64,000 nucleotides of DNA, taken from contig OZ246394.1 of NCBI GenBank assembly GCA_965230895.1, positions 441,316 through 505,315 on the forward strand, written 5' to 3'. Under the pieces are notes generated by a model, which was not told where the DNA came from, did no database searches, and saw only the letters and a list, made by a program, of their open reading frames with translations. Shown one piece after another: positions 9,327 to 20,564 of the stretch (positions are counted from its first letter, which is position 1; the number at the start of each line of letters is the position of its first letter). The stretch comes from an uncultured Gammaproteobacteria bacterium (lineage in GTDB: Bacteria; Patescibacteriota; Microgenomatia; Levybacterales; UBA12049). The translations under genes were made by a program, and so were the position numbers.

Positions 9327-10438
9327 AAGTTTGTTTAATAAATGGTCACTATTATAAAAGTAACGATGGAATTGGTAGGTATGGTGAGAATTTAATTACG
9401 GATATTGCAAAAATTAACAATTCAATAAAGTTAGACATAGTAACGCATTTACCTACAGACTTATCTTCGAACAAATCAGTAAGAGTTAAATCTTCATTTC
9501 TCCATAAATTTTTACACCCATTTATAATGGAACTGAACTATTTTGTACGCTTTAAAAACAACACTTTAAGATTGCGTAAAGAATTACAAATACATAAAGG
9601 TAATGTTTACCATGCAGTATCGCCAAGTGAAGCAGTATCGGCGGTGTTGGAAAAGAAGCATCCATTAATTACGACATATCATGATATTATTCCCTTACTA
9701 GGGAAAAATCGTTTTATAATGGAAAAGTTTTATTTTCTTTTTTACAATAGTTACGCTAAAAAGAGTGACCTTATAATTTCTGACTCAATAAGTACAAAGA
9801 ATGATTTAGTTTCACATTTAGGAATTGATGAAGAAAAAGTAAAAGTTGTTTATCCAGGAATAGACTTAGAAAAGTTTAAACCATCTAAAAAAATCTCAAA
9901 TAATAAGCAAATAACACTTCTGTATTTAGGAGGGCTAGTTAAAAGAAAAGGGATTTATGAGACTATTTATGCCTTTCATAAGGTAGTACATGAAAGAAAT
10001 GGTCTACAATTATTAATTGCAGGAGTCGGGCCAGAAGAAAATTCTATTAAGAAAATTATAGAAAAACTGAACCTCTTAGATAAAGTAAAGTTGTTAGGAT
10101 TTATAAATGAAGAAAGAATAGCCGATACTTATCAAAAAGCAGATATTTTTATTTATCTATCGTTCTATGAGGGTTTTGGGTATACTCCTCTTGAAGCTAT
10201 GGCAAGTGGAATTCCCGTGATAGCCTCCAACAAGTCTTCTATTCCAGAAGTCGTAGGAGATGCTGGAATATTAGTAAACCCTTCAAATATTAAAGAAGTT
10301 TCAGAAAAAATAAAATTTCTAATAGATAATCCCACTCAGAGAAAGATATTAGCAAAAAAAGGATTGCTGCAATCGAAGAAGTTTAGTAATAGGACATTTA
10401 CAAAGAATATTCTTAGGATTTATAATGAACTAAATTAA
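9323..10438 (+). CDS. Glycosyltransferase family 4
   Basis: C-terminal GT4 motif [20 protein letters not shown]; start overlaps upstream stop (ATGA). Confidence 0.8.
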   Translation: MKVCLINGHYYKSNDGIGRYGENLITDIAKINNSIKLDIVTHLPTDLSSNKSVRVKSSFLHKFLHPFIMELNYFVRFKNNTLRLRKELQIHKGNVYHAVSPSEAVSAVLEKKHPLITTYHDIIPLLGKNRFIMEKFYFLFYNSYAKKSDLIISDSISTKNDLVSHLGIDEEKVKVVYPGIDLEKFKPSKKISNNKQITLLYLGGLVKRKGIYETIYAFHKVVHERNGLQLLIAGVGPEENSIKKIIEKLNLLDKVKLLGFINEERIADTYQKADIFIYLSFYEGFGYTPLEAMASGIPVIASNKSSIPEVVGDAGILVNPSNIKEVSEKIKFLIDNPTQRKILAKKGLLQSKKFSNRTFTKNILRIYNELN

Positions 10439-11527
10439 TTGCTTATAGAGATTTACTAATTGTAGAGATATTTCATGCCAAGAGAGTGATTTAGAGTAAG
10501 CTTTTCCAGCTTTTCTTTTTTCTCCTAACTTGGTCCGTTCCTTTATCGATTTTTCCATCATTTTTTCGAGACCGTCTTTGTTCTCCGCATCATAAAAATA
10601 TCCCACATTATTAGGTAAATCTTTAAGTGAACCAATTCGTGGACAGATGATAGGTAGTCCAAACCCTAATCCTAACATTGCAGTACTACTAGTTGTGACT
10701 TTTTTGAAAGGCAATACAAACATATCAGCTGAATTCATATAATATTGAACCAAATTATCTTCAACAAAATTGAGGTTTGCAATTATACGGCCTTCTAGCC
10801 TTTGCTCCTGCTCTTGAATATACTTTTTAAGTGTGTCATCTGAACATTCGCCAGCGATAACGAGTTTAGTATTACCATATTTTTTTGTGATCCTAGCAAA
10901 CTTTTGTATCAAAATATCCACACCTTTATAGTCTCTTATTAATCCTAAAAATAGAAATACAAATTCTTTGTTATTAATCTGCAACTTCATTCTAGCTATA
11001 TTTTTGTTTTTTATCTTATTAATGTAAATCCCTTCATAACTACCGATAGGTATTACGGAAACTTTTTTAGTATTATAATTTGATTTATTCATATCTTCTA
11101 TCGTAGAGTTTGAATGCGCAATGACCGCGTTTGATAAGTATGAAAGTATTTTAAAAATAAGCTTATCGTTGATAAAGATTTTTTCATGTGGCAATATATT
11201 GTGAACCGTCCAGATAACTTTATAATTTAGCAGTTTAACGCAGAGCAGAATTATTAAGAAATATACTGTAAAAAAAATGCGAGTGGCAAAGTTGTTAAAA
11301 ATGATACTCTTGTATGGAAAAATAAAATTATGTAGCCAGTGAATATGAAATATCTTGTATCCGTTAAAACGATAATAAATAATTAAAGGAATATATAAAA
11401 CAATGCTCAAAAAATAAGAGTTTGTAATTTGATTTAAATAAGTTACGAACACTTTATCTTTAGCAGCTTGATACAATAATTCTTGATATGGGTTATTATC
11501 TTTAGAAAATATTAGAATTTTTATCAT
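10430..11527 (-). CDS. Glycosyltransferase (GT4-like) with N-terminal membrane segment
   Basis: GT-B C-terminal region GLGFGLPIICPRIGSL; N-terminal TM helices. Confidence 0.6.
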   Translation of the reverse strand: MIKILIFSKDNNPYQELLYQAAKDKVFVTYLNQITNSYFLSIVLYIPLIIYYRFNGYKIFHIHWLHNFIFPYKSIIFNNFATRIFFTVYFLIILLCVKLLNYKVIWTVHNILPHEKIFINDKLIFKILSYLSNAVIAHSNSTIEDMNKSNYNTKKVSVIPIGSYEGIYINKIKNKNIARMKLQINNKEFVFLFLGLIRDYKGVDILIQKFARITKKYGNTKLVIAGECSDDTLKKYIQEQEQRLEGRIIANLNFVEDNLVQYYMNSADMFVLPFKKVTTSSTAMLGLGFGLPIICPRIGSLKDLPNNVGYFYDAENKDGLEKMMEKSIKERTKLGEKRKAGKAYSKSLSWHEISLQLVNLYKQLI

Positions 11528-11529
11528 TC

Positions 11530-12396
11530 TTATATAATAAGTACACGCTCTTTAAACGAGTATTTCCACAGTAAAACACGTTCATAAATTAATCTAGGAT
11601 AAACTAGCAAAAATAGCAAATAATCTTGTTTTGTTTTATGTTTATCAGTAAATAGTTTGATAAGTATTAACGGTGGAAAGAGAATTGCAGCTATTTTTTC
11701 AGGTGAATATATTCTGTAAAAAAGTTGATACCTTTCACCGTGTAATTTATATGCAAGTACTACGCGGTAATAAACCCATTGAGCAGAGGCCATATAATCC
11801 TTAGCCTTCCATATAGATTGGGAATGGTATACAAGCATTGAAGTGTTAAAGGCTATCTTCCCAAATTTCATTACTCTTAAAGCAAGATCACGATCTTGGT
11901 TCCTTGCAAAAGCTTTATTAAACATTCCAACTTTTTTTAAATATTCTCTTTTATATACGATGTTTGCAGTCATATACTCTCCCCCTTGCAAGTTTTGTAC
12001 TACTCTATCCGAATAACTTGGTACATATCCTTTTGCTATATAAAGTATCTTTCCTTCTACTCCTACTACATTACTTTTAGATAGGGCTTTCAATCCTTGC
12101 TTAATCCAGTTCTTGTCTACTATACAATCAGCATCAGTAAAAAAGATGTATTTACTTTTTGAAAGTGTTATGCCTTTATTTCGAGATAAAGATTTGCCCA
12201 AATTATAAATATTTTTAACAAGCTTTAATCTTTTATCTTTAATTTGTTTAATTTCAAGCAATGTATCGTCTGTTGAAGCGTCATCTATAACTATTAGCTC
12301 AAAGTCTGATTCTGTCTGGACAAGAACTGATTCTATAGTTTTTTTGATATGGTTACCCATATTAAATGTAGCAATGATTACTGTAGCCTTTATCAT
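11530..12396 (-). CDS. Glycosyltransferase family 2
   Basis: VIIATFNMGNHIKKTIESVLVQT...ELIVIDDASTDDT (GT2 DxD region). Confidence 0.8.
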   Translation of the reverse strand: MIKATVIIATFNMGNHIKKTIESVLVQTESDFELIVIDDASTDDTLLEIKQIKDKRLKLVKNIYNLGKSLSRNKGITLSKSKYIFFTDADCIVDKNWIKQGLKALSKSNVVGVEGKILYIAKGYVPSYSDRVVQNLQGGEYMTANIVYKREYLKKVGMFNKAFARNQDRDLALRVMKFGKIAFNTSMLVYHSQSIWKAKDYMASAQWVYYRVVLAYKLHGERYQLFYRIYSPEKIAAILFPPLILIKLFTDKHKTKQDYLLFLLVYPRLIYERVLLWKYSFKERVLII

Positions 12397-14637
12397 TTAT
12401 TTAAATACTGTAGATCCTTTATTTGTATATATTACATCTTTATTCTCATTAAGAAACTCTATCGGGAAATTATAAATGAGTAACCCGTTACCTCCATATT
12501 TAAAAGTTATTCCTTGTTTAATATTAGTTCGGGTTGCATAGACATAATCCTGATCATTCATTGCAGCAGGTAAAACTTCAAGCTTCACTTTACCGCTAAG
12601 GTTGTAGTATGGGGATTGATACAATTTAAACTGCGCATAATTATCTAATGCAATTAAGTTGTTCTTTGGTTTATGTTGTAAAAGCCAATTCATTGAATAT
12701 ATCTCATCTGCTGTCGTATAGCTAAAATCATAGTCTTTGCCTGCATTTGCTACGTTTAATTGGATTCTGTTGCCTCCAATAAAGTAATAAGGTACATGAG
12801 ACAGGAATAATAGATAAAGAGCGATGAAGACCGCATAGATGCTAACTTTGAATGAATTATTTAATACTTTAAGAATAGTTAGCGCAAAAATTGGAAAGAC
12901 TGCTAGAATAAGAAGCAACTGTTGATATAACCTAATAGGATCATAAAATCCTCCCAGAAATGGCAACTGGACAAGCATTGCTAGAGTTGCTAATGATACA
13001 AAACTTATTACTACATAGAATTTATTACTTTGACTATGTTTTTTAGCATACAAAAAGAGTCCAACAAGGATTAATAGAAACCCAGATCCTAAGAGTAAAA
13101 TTTTTATTTTTTCAAAAACTCCATAAAGAAGATTATGATTAAAAACAGGAGTTAAGACAGAAGTCTCTTTAATAGAACTCGGATATTTGTTAACTGCAGA
13201 ATCTGAATATGTAGTAATATCAAGTTTTTTTATTCTTTGGACATAGTTGGCTAAATCTGCTTCTGGAGTAATCGGAAGTCTTTTAACAATATAATTTAAT
13301 GGTGATTTATCCAAAGAGAATGCGTTTGCGCTAACACTATCCCGTAAGTTAACCGCTTTATGACCAATGTCTGTAACACCAAAATACCAAACTGCTTCTA
13401 AAAGTAAGAAAACTATAATTAGGACACCAAATAGATTTAAATTAAACTTTTCATTAAAAGCTTTCTTACTTACTTTTTTAATGTAAATTTTCCAGGTTTG
13501 GAAAAAGAAAGCAACTACATACACAAAAGGAAATAGAATCGTTAAGATAAAAGTTGTTGAATAGTGTGATGTAATCACACAGAAACTAAATATTGAGAAA
13601 AGAACTACTTTCATCTTATCTGTTAGCTTATTTGTAAAGAAAGTTAGGTACATTAAAGATAAAAATAAGAATGCTATTTCCTGCCTTGGTGGAAAGAGAT
13701 TCCATACTGCGAAAGTAGGCTGTACAATGAAAAAAAGAACACCTAAGAACGCATAGAGGTTTTTTGTTAATTTATTAAATAAGTAATACAGAGCAACAGG
13801 TAAAAAACAAAAAATAATTGGAAATGCTACTTTTTGAACAAGCAATAAGCTACTATCAAGAAAATGTGAAAGTATAATTGGAAGCATAACAATGCTTAAC
13901 ATTCCAAAATAATTATTTCCTCCTTCCCAATAGTCCCAATATCCATTCTGAAATACGAAATTACCTAATCCGTATTCTAAAGTGGCGTCCGTACTTGCGA
14001 TGAACCAACTCCTTAGCGATCCAGTAAAAATCAAGGTAAGCGACAAGAAATATAAATTCCAAGGATATAACTTTGAAGAAAGTTTTTTATGAAGAAATAC
14101 GAAGAATATTATGTAAAGTGCGACGAGCCCATACACAGATAATGTGATGTAACTCGTTCCATAATTATTTAAAGAAGTCGCCCCTAAAATACTTATTACG
14201 GGGAAAACTGCAGGTATTATAAAAAATACTGTGTTTAGTAAATTTCGCGAAGGAATTTGAATAGATAAATGTAATTTATGTATCCTGAAGTAAGCAATAG
14301 ATAATAATATAGAGAAAGCTATGTCAAAACTCACAAGTAAGGGTATTAATTCTAAAGGCCTTCTAACATCAAACAAAAGTAATGTTTCATTGCATAAGAC
14401 GCCTACAACCATTAAGAAGGCCACACTCATACCAACCGAATAAATAACATATTCCCCAAGCTCCATATTATAAATTTTAAATATGAGCATAAGCAAAAAT
14501 CCTGGTACAAAGATTAGGAATAGAAAAACAAGAAAAGTTTCTACATGAAAGATATTGATATTCCCCAAAATCAGTACATTAACAAGAGCTAATAGTGAGA
14601 GCAACAATATAAAAAGAGTATTTTTTGTGAAAATCAT
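12397..14637 (-). CDS. Large polytopic membrane protein (746 aa) with C-terminal soluble domain; candidate glycan polymerase/transferase
   Basis: >14 TM helices; loop motif 'NGYWDYWEGG'; ~140-aa hydrophilic C-terminus; embedded in a glycosyltransferase cluster. Confidence 0.35.
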   Translation of the reverse strand: MIFTKNTLFILLLSLLALVNVLILGNINIFHVETFLVFLFLIFVPGFLLMLIFKIYNMELGEYVIYSVGMSVAFLMVVGVLCNETLLLFDVRRPLELIPLLVSFDIAFSILLSIAYFRIHKLHLSIQIPSRNLLNTVFFIIPAVFPVISILGATSLNNYGTSYITLSVYGLVALYIIFFVFLHKKLSSKLYPWNLYFLSLTLIFTGSLRSWFIASTDATLEYGLGNFVFQNGYWDYWEGGNNYFGMLSIVMLPIILSHFLDSSLLLVQKVAFPIIFCFLPVALYYLFNKLTKNLYAFLGVLFFIVQPTFAVWNLFPPRQEIAFLFLSLMYLTFFTNKLTDKMKVVLFSIFSFCVITSHYSTTFILTILFPFVYVVAFFFQTWKIYIKKVSKKAFNEKFNLNLFGVLIIVFLLLEAVWYFGVTDIGHKAVNLRDSVSANAFSLDKSPLNYIVKRLPITPEADLANYVQRIKKLDITTYSDSAVNKYPSSIKETSVLTPVFNHNLLYGVFEKIKILLLGSGFLLILVGLFLYAKKHSQSNKFYVVISFVSLATLAMLVQLPFLGGFYDPIRLYQQLLLILAVFPIFALTILKVLNNSFKVSIYAVFIALYLLFLSHVPYYFIGGNRIQLNVANAGKDYDFSYTTADEIYSMNWLLQHKPKNNLIALDNYAQFKLYQSPYYNLSGKVKLEVLPAAMNDQDYVYATRTNIKQGITFKYGGNGLLIYNFPIEFLNENKDVIYTNKGSTVFK

Positions 14638-15716
14638 ATCTTAGCATTAACAACCCGTTGTATTTTTTCTCTTTGAAGATTAAAGCTACCTATAATTATA
14701 CCTACAAGGCTAATAAACTCAAGAATGAACTGAATATACGGAAATAATAAGTAAGTAAAATCTAAGGTTTTAATAAATTTAACTAGCCACCAGCCATAAA
14801 TAATATGGGGTATTATAAATATAACTAAAAACCATTCATATCCCAAGCTAATCAAAATGACACTATTTAAAACAATTAATAGTATAGGAAATGGAAATAA
14901 ATGAGGAATTTTCTTATTAAGGTGGTAATAGCTCACAATTGCATCTTTTCTAAGATACGGCTTTTTAATTAATTGAATAAATGATGTTTCACCGTTGTGG
15001 TAAATAATAGCTTTCCTGGTACAAATAAACGGATCTTTTGTTATTTTTTTAATTCGATTACATAAATCTGTGTCTTCAATTCCACTCAAGTCAGGGTTCC
15101 ATCCTCCAACTTTTTTTAGTAAATCAGTAGGAAATGAACAATTCTCTCCCCAAATCTCGCTGACGATGAATTTATTTTTCTTTATCTTACTAGTAGTCTT
15201 GCTATACATATCTTTTATATAAATTAGTAATCTCTTCAAAGGGCTATTGAGACGGCTATTATGTAGCGGTGAAGGGTTACCATGACCGATTTCCATGAGA
15301 TATTTATCAATAATTCCAGATGTAGAATTTTTCGTTTGGCCACAGACCCCTGCCACATTCGGAGAATATGCCTTAAGAAGCTCTTCTAACCAACTCTGGT
15401 CTGCAAAACAATCATCGTCAAAGCAAATATATACTTTTCCTTTTGCATGCTTTAGTCCTGTATTTCGTGCTATTGAAAGTCCTGCATTTTTTTTATGACG
15501 TATTACTTTAATAGGATAGGATTTCGCAACTTTGTAAGTATTATCAGTTGAACCATCATCAATAAGTATAATTTCGAATTTATTACTTGGATATGTTTGG
15601 TTTAATAAAGATTCTATACTTTTTCTAATTATCTTTTCACCATTAAATGTACAAATGATTATTGAAGCATCTAGTTTTATTTCTTTATTCATAAACCTCC
15701 TTATAAAAATTTTCAA
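14634..15716 (-). CDS. Glycosyltransferase family 2 with C-terminal TM helices
   Basis: IIICTFNGEKIIRKSIESLLNQT...IILIDDGSTDNT; two C-terminal TM helices. Confidence 0.8.
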   Translation of the reverse strand: MKIFIRRFMNKEIKLDASIIICTFNGEKIIRKSIESLLNQTYPSNKFEIILIDDGSTDNTYKVAKSYPIKVIRHKKNAGLSIARNTGLKHAKGKVYICFDDDCFADQSWLEELLKAYSPNVAGVCGQTKNSTSGIIDKYLMEIGHGNPSPLHNSRLNSPLKRLLIYIKDMYSKTTSKIKKNKFIVSEIWGENCSFPTDLLKKVGGWNPDLSGIEDTDLCNRIKKITKDPFICTRKAIIYHNGETSFIQLIKKPYLRKDAIVSYYHLNKKIPHLFPFPILLIVLNSVILISLGYEWFLVIFIIPHIIYGWWLVKFIKTLDFTYLLFPYIQFILEFISLVGIIIGSFNLQREKIQRVVNAKI

Positions 15717-16830
15717 CTCTCTTTGTAATTATGTCCCATGTATAATGCTTCTTAACAAAATTTAAAGCGTAACTTGACTTATTTAAACTGTTTTGTGATT
15801 TTAATATTTTTATAAGTCCTGTAGATAACGCATCACTATTATCAGATTCTATAATGTATCCTGCTTTTCCTTTATCAACATATAATGGTAAGTCTCCAAC
15901 ATTACTAACAACAGGAACCATCCCCATAGCCATATATTGAAACGCTTTTAAATTACTACATGCTTTTATTGTTTCTTCATTTGGCATATATGCATATCCA
16001 ATATCACCAAATTTTGTGAATTTAGGAATTTCATTCATTTGTACCCATCCAGTAAATTTAACATACTTACTAACTTTTAATTTTTTGACCAAATTCTTAA
16101 AATATGGAAGAGCTTGACCGTCGCCGAGTATATAAACAAAACGCCCTGAATACTTATATTCCCTAACAATCCGAGGTATAGCTTTAATGAGTGGACTAAT
16201 TATATTTTCTCTATTGAGAGACCCAATTGCAATGATTCTTTTTCCACTTTTTTGTTTTTTTCGATCCATAATATAATCTGAGTCTATACCATTAGATACC
16301 CATACAATGTTTTTTTGAGGAAACATGGCAGTGTACTTACTTTTTAAATAGTTTGAGGCACAGATAATCCCATCGGAATACTTAAGTGAAACAGTTTCAC
16401 ATATCTCTACTAGCTTCACCATTATTTTAGGATTATTCTCTAATACCATAACCTTACTACCTAAATCATCCATATCTACAATAATTGCCTTTTTCCGAGT
16501 AAATTTAGGAACTATACCAGGAATCGTTATAGGGGTAGGTTTATAAAGATGTACAATGTCATAATCTTTCTTATGCAAAATAATGAGAGTGTGTAGTATA
16601 TAAGGCACTAAATTAACTAATCTATTTTTAGTATTAAACTGAAAAGGCCTAATTATTTTTATACCTTTGACTTCAGAAAAACTCTCTCTTTTATAATCGC
16701 TATATTTATCTAGTGATGGCGCAATTATTGAAACGCTATGCCCTTTTCTGACTAGACATTTAGCAAAAGAAAGTATTCGATATGTTAGTGTACTGTTTAT
16801 GGTACCTGATGCTAGCATTATAATTTTCAT
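15685..16830 (-). CDS. Glycosyltransferase family 4
   Basis: GT-B fold; conserved region FQYMAMGMVPVVSNVGDL. Confidence 0.7.
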   Translation of the reverse strand: MKIIMLASGTINSTLTYRILSFAKCLVRKGHSVSIIAPSLDKYSDYKRESFSEVKGIKIIRPFQFNTKNRLVNLVPYILHTLIILHKKDYDIVHLYKPTPITIPGIVPKFTRKKAIIVDMDDLGSKVMVLENNPKIMVKLVEICETVSLKYSDGIICASNYLKSKYTAMFPQKNIVWVSNGIDSDYIMDRKKQKSGKRIIAIGSLNRENIISPLIKAIPRIVREYKYSGRFVYILGDGQALPYFKNLVKKLKVSKYVKFTGWVQMNEIPKFTKFGDIGYAYMPNEETIKACSNLKAFQYMAMGMVPVVSNVGDLPLYVDKGKAGYIIESDNSDALSTGLIKILKSQNSLNKSSYALNFVKKHYTWDIITKRVENFYKEVYE

Positions 16831-17954
16831 CTTACTGTATCTATAAATAGCTTATTAGTATTTTCTATTTTTTTGTCCCAACCGTAGTCTTTAACAACTT
16901 TGACGTGGCCTTGTTTTCCCATTTCTGCTCTTAAAGTTTTATTTGAGATTAATTTAGAAATTGCCTTAGTTAGTTCACTTACATTTTTAGGGGTATACAA
17001 TAGACCATCTTTACCATCTGATATTACCTCTTTTATACCACCATTTTTTGCCCCTATTACTGGTGTTCCACATGCCATTGATTCAATAAGAACCATTCCA
17101 AAACTTTCGTTTATGGAAGCTAAAACTAATGCGTTTGAGACTTGATACTGCCTTACAAGTTCTTCCTTATCCAGTTGGCCCTTAAAAGTAACATAGCGCT
17201 GTATATTAAGTTTTTTACTTAAATCCTTAAAATAATCTAGATTGTCTCCTTCTCCTACAGATACTAAATTAACAATCTTGTCTTGATTAATTAACTCCTT
17301 AACTGCATAAAAGATATCTTCTAATCTTTTATAACTTTCTGCTTTTCTTAAACCTCCGATAGTTAATATTTGAAATATTATATTTTTCTTTTTCTTTATA
17401 GGTTTAAATAAATTTAAATCTACACCAGGAGAGATCAAATGAGACTTACCTATTACATCCTTAAGAAGTGAATCACGAACAAAGCGAGATACATAAATTA
17501 TTCGTTTTGCCCGGTTAAGAAGTATTCTTAAAAAAAATCTTTCATATATTCCAATAATTATATCCGGAATAAGTTTCCCTTTAATCATTGAGCCTGTATG
17601 ATATGTCACAACTAACGGTATTTTCCCTTTTACGGAAGATACGACATCTGCGATAAAAGGCACTGGTGTATGAGCATTAATCAAATCTGGTTTTTCATTA
17701 TTAATAATTTGTTTAATTGTATGATACCAGAAAAGACTTAGAGGAGTATTTGATAGCTTAAACCAATACGGCAGTTGATATATTTTAATACCTTCGATAT
17801 TCTCAATATTAAATTCATTTTTTATATGATTTGAAGTTACGACAATTACTTCCCACTTATATTTTGTCTGAAGGCCTTTAGCAATATTAAATGCGTATTT
17901 CTCCATACCTCCAAGTTTGGGATAAAAATATGTTGCGACAAGCAATAATTTCAT
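16827..17954 (-). CDS. Glycosyltransferase family 4
   Basis: ESFGMVLIESMACGTPVIGAKNGGIKEVI motif. Confidence 0.8.
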   Translation of the reverse strand: MKLLLVATYFYPKLGGMEKYAFNIAKGLQTKYKWEVIVVTSNHIKNEFNIENIEGIKIYQLPYWFKLSNTPLSLFWYHTIKQIINNEKPDLINAHTPVPFIADVVSSVKGKIPLVVTYHTGSMIKGKLIPDIIIGIYERFFLRILLNRAKRIIYVSRFVRDSLLKDVIGKSHLISPGVDLNLFKPIKKKKNIIFQILTIGGLRKAESYKRLEDIFYAVKELINQDKIVNLVSVGEGDNLDYFKDLSKKLNIQRYVTFKGQLDKEELVRQYQVSNALVLASINESFGMVLIESMACGTPVIGAKNGGIKEVISDGKDGLLYTPKNVSELTKAISKLISNKTLRAEMGKQGHVKVVKDYGWDKKIENTNKLFIDTVR

Positions 17955-19090
17955 AGGTAATAAGTATTCTCTATATCTTTAGTGATAATTTCCCAATCAT
18001 ATTTAATACTATATTCTTTATAATTCGTATTTATTTTTTTATTTTGTAAAAGAATAACTTTTTCTGCAATAATTTTAGGATTAAGCTTGATTGAATATCC
18101 ATTTTCTCCATTCACAACAAGATCTTTTGACGCGTTATCATCATGATTGATTGTTATGACAGGCAAACCTGAAGCATTCGCCTCAATAATAACTATACCG
18201 AAGCCTTCTCTTGTTGAAGGAAACACAAAAACCTTTGATGATTTCATTAATGCGTATAAATCATCATGATTATTAAGAAATTTAAGAAATTTTATATTTT
18301 TTGTCATACCCATTTTTTCTATTCTAGCTTTAAGATTTTCTTCTTCTGGTCCGTTTCCAACGATAATACAATGTATATTTTTTTGGGATTCACTCAAAAT
18401 TTTGACAGCATCGATTAATACATCCACGTTTTTATGTTTAAGTAACCTTCCTGCAAAAATAATATCGCTTTTAATTTTAGAAGGATTAATACCATTAATA
18501 TGATTAATATCTATCCCAATAGGAATAGTTACAATCTGTGTTGTTGATTGGAATTCTGATAGAAGTTTTCTCGTGGTATGGTCTGATATTGAAATTATCT
18601 TGTTTGGAAGTTTTACGCTCAGCCACTCAATGGCATACGCAATATTGCCTAATAATCCCATATATTTAACCCAATACTTTTGACCCCATACCTCATTCCA
18701 AGTAACAATCATCTTTTTATTTTTATAAATACAGACAATTTTTAACGGAAAGAGAACCAGATGGGGCATATGATCTACATCAATTACATCAAAGTTCTTA
18801 TTCATCAATTTGAAGCAATGTAAGCCAAAAAGAATCGCTTCTTTAATGGATCTGCGTTCGCCGGAGTACAGAGGATACAAGGGGCTGATTGCTTCGTGGA
18901 CGACCCCTTCATGTGTAACCCGAGTACTTTTGCCTTTCCACCATTTCATGGTGTATATAGTTACTTTATGACCTCGTTTGGCTAAGCGGGTACTTATTTC
19001 GTAGATGCGTTTTTCCTTCCCACCGATATTGTATGGAAAAATGGCATCAGAAACGATAGCGATGTTCAGCTTTCTAGATTGAGGTTTCAT
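17951..19090 (-). CDS. Glycosyltransferase family 4
   Basis: EGFGIVIIEANASGLPVIT motif. Confidence 0.8.
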   Translation of the reverse strand: MKPQSRKLNIAIVSDAIFPYNIGGKEKRIYEISTRLAKRGHKVTIYTMKWWKGKSTRVTHEGVVHEAISPLYPLYSGERRSIKEAILFGLHCFKLMNKNFDVIDVDHMPHLVLFPLKIVCIYKNKKMIVTWNEVWGQKYWVKYMGLLGNIAYAIEWLSVKLPNKIISISDHTTRKLLSEFQSTTQIVTIPIGIDINHINGINPSKIKSDIIFAGRLLKHKNVDVLIDAVKILSESQKNIHCIIVGNGPEEENLKARIEKMGMTKNIKFLKFLNNHDDLYALMKSSKVFVFPSTREGFGIVIIEANASGLPVITINHDDNASKDLVVNGENGYSIKLNPKIIAEKVILLQNKKINTNYKEYSIKYDWEIITKDIENTYYL

Positions 19091-19099
19091 TAAAGGGAC

Positions 19100-19873
19100 T
19101 TAATATGATTCCTTTACGTTAAGTTTTGTTTGGGCAGAGCGCTTTTCAGGGCTCCATGATAGGTTTTGGATAAGAGTATTAAAAATCTTCAGACCATCAG
19201 AAATAGCTTCAATTTTTGATTCTCCTTCCCGTTGTTCATATGTAATTGGCACTGAATAGATTTCTTGCTTTAATTTTACCATCTTTGTAATCATTTCCAT
19301 CTCAATTGCAAACCCTCGAGACTCGAGATGTGGTAGAAGATCACGAAGTGCCTTGTGCTTCCAGGCAAAAAATCCACTAAGCACATCAGTGACATTTGCT
19401 CGATAGATTTGTCGGACAAAAAAGGTAAAAGCCCAGTTGGCTACCCTGTTGGTAAAGCGAAGTGATCCACTTTTAATTTTTCCGCCAAGTCGACTTCCTA
19501 CAACTACATCACAGAAGTTACTTGCCAAGGGTTCAACTAATCGTGGAATCTCCTTACCTTTGTATGTATTATCGCCATCCATCATTACAACATAATCAGT
19601 ATCCGGCTTAACAGCGTTCATACCAGTACGAATTGCATGACCCTTCCCCGGTTTTTCTTCACTTATGACTCGTGCACCTTTTGACTGAGCAATACTGCTT
19701 GTTTTATCGGTACAATTATTATCAATTACTATAATATCTGTATTATAACCAAGCCGATGTAATCGTGAAACCGGGATAGAATCAATTACTTTACCAATAC
19801 CTTTTTCTTCGTTATAACATGGAATTAAAACTGTAATTTTTTTGAGTTTCATTTCTGCTCCTCTCCTATCCAA
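19100..19873 (-). CDS. GT2 polyprenol/dolichol-phosphate sugar synthase-like glycosyltransferase
   Basis: ITVLIPCYNEEKGIGKVIDSIP...MDGDNTY; 257 aa soluble GT2 typical of Dpm1/polyprenyl-P-sugar synthases. Confidence 0.7.
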   Translation of the reverse strand: MDRRGAEMKLKKITVLIPCYNEEKGIGKVIDSIPVSRLHRLGYNTDIIVIDNNCTDKTSSIAQSKGARVISEEKPGKGHAIRTGMNAVKPDTDYVVMMDGDNTYKGKEIPRLVEPLASNFCDVVVGSRLGGKIKSGSLRFTNRVANWAFTFFVRQIYRANVTDVLSGFFAWKHKALRDLLPHLESRGFAIEMEMITKMVKLKQEIYSVPITYEQREGESKIEAISDGLKIFNTLIQNLSWSPEKRSAQTKLNVKESY

Positions 19874-20295
19874 TAATGAATTTCCTGATCCTTAGTTGGT
19901 AGGCTTACAACAACTTTTGCTCTTTTAACTGATTGAAGTAATTCATAATAAACAGGTATTGTTTTTTTCTCATCGTGATTAAGGACAACGATATCTTTCA
20001 GAATCTCAGCTCGATTACCATCAGCGTCTTCTATAAAGACTTCGTAAGGATAAGACATTTTATGGTATTCGACGTTATGAATGGTAAATGAAAATGTTTG
20101 GGCTTTCTGAAGATCTGTTTGTTTAGGAAGTTTATTATGATTCTCAAAATAAAGTTCTGTGAAGGTTTCAGGCTTTACTGTCGTAGCTAAGGCAACAGTT
20201 TGTTGAGCTGCAGGATTTTGAGACACGAGAAAAAACGCTGTTGCCGCAAAACTAATAATGATTGCTATTAAAACGTGTTTGGCTATGTAATTCAT
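19849..20295 (-). CDS. Small membrane-anchored protein, unknown function
   Basis: 148 aa, N-terminal TM (HVLIAIIISFAATAFFLV); overlaps the GT2 start, implying co-transcription. Confidence 0.4.
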   Translation of the reverse strand: MNYIAKHVLIAIIISFAATAFFLVSQNPAAQQTVALATTVKPETFTELYFENHNKLPKQTDLQKAQTFSFTIHNVEYHKMSYPYEVFIEDADGNRAEILKDIVVLNHDEKKTIPVYYELLQSVKRAKVVVSLPTKDQEIHYWIGEEQK

Positions 20296-20564
20296 TTTAA
20301 ATCACAGACAGGTTGGTAACTGACAAAATGATGACACTATATATCAGTATATCAAAATGATCTTTAAAAAATTATGGACAGATGGTAAGACATACCTATA
20401 CTCTGATGAGATTAAGTTTCATTACCAATCTATTTTCCATATATATACTAATAGATAAATATGAAAATTACGTAAGAGACACCCCAGAAACCCATCAATA
20501 ATGCAACCCCTAATTTTTGAACCTGACAAAATTCTACTTGATTAGTTGAGCTTTACAAATTAGA

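Noticed and set aside
12397-14637. Calling the 746-aa membrane protein an STT3/AglB oligosaccharyltransferase because of its WDYWEGG motif
   Set aside because: The motif is not WWDYG. It lies in an internal loop within the first third of the protein, not in a C-terminal periplasmic domain. Only a generic 'polytopic membrane protein' call is justified.
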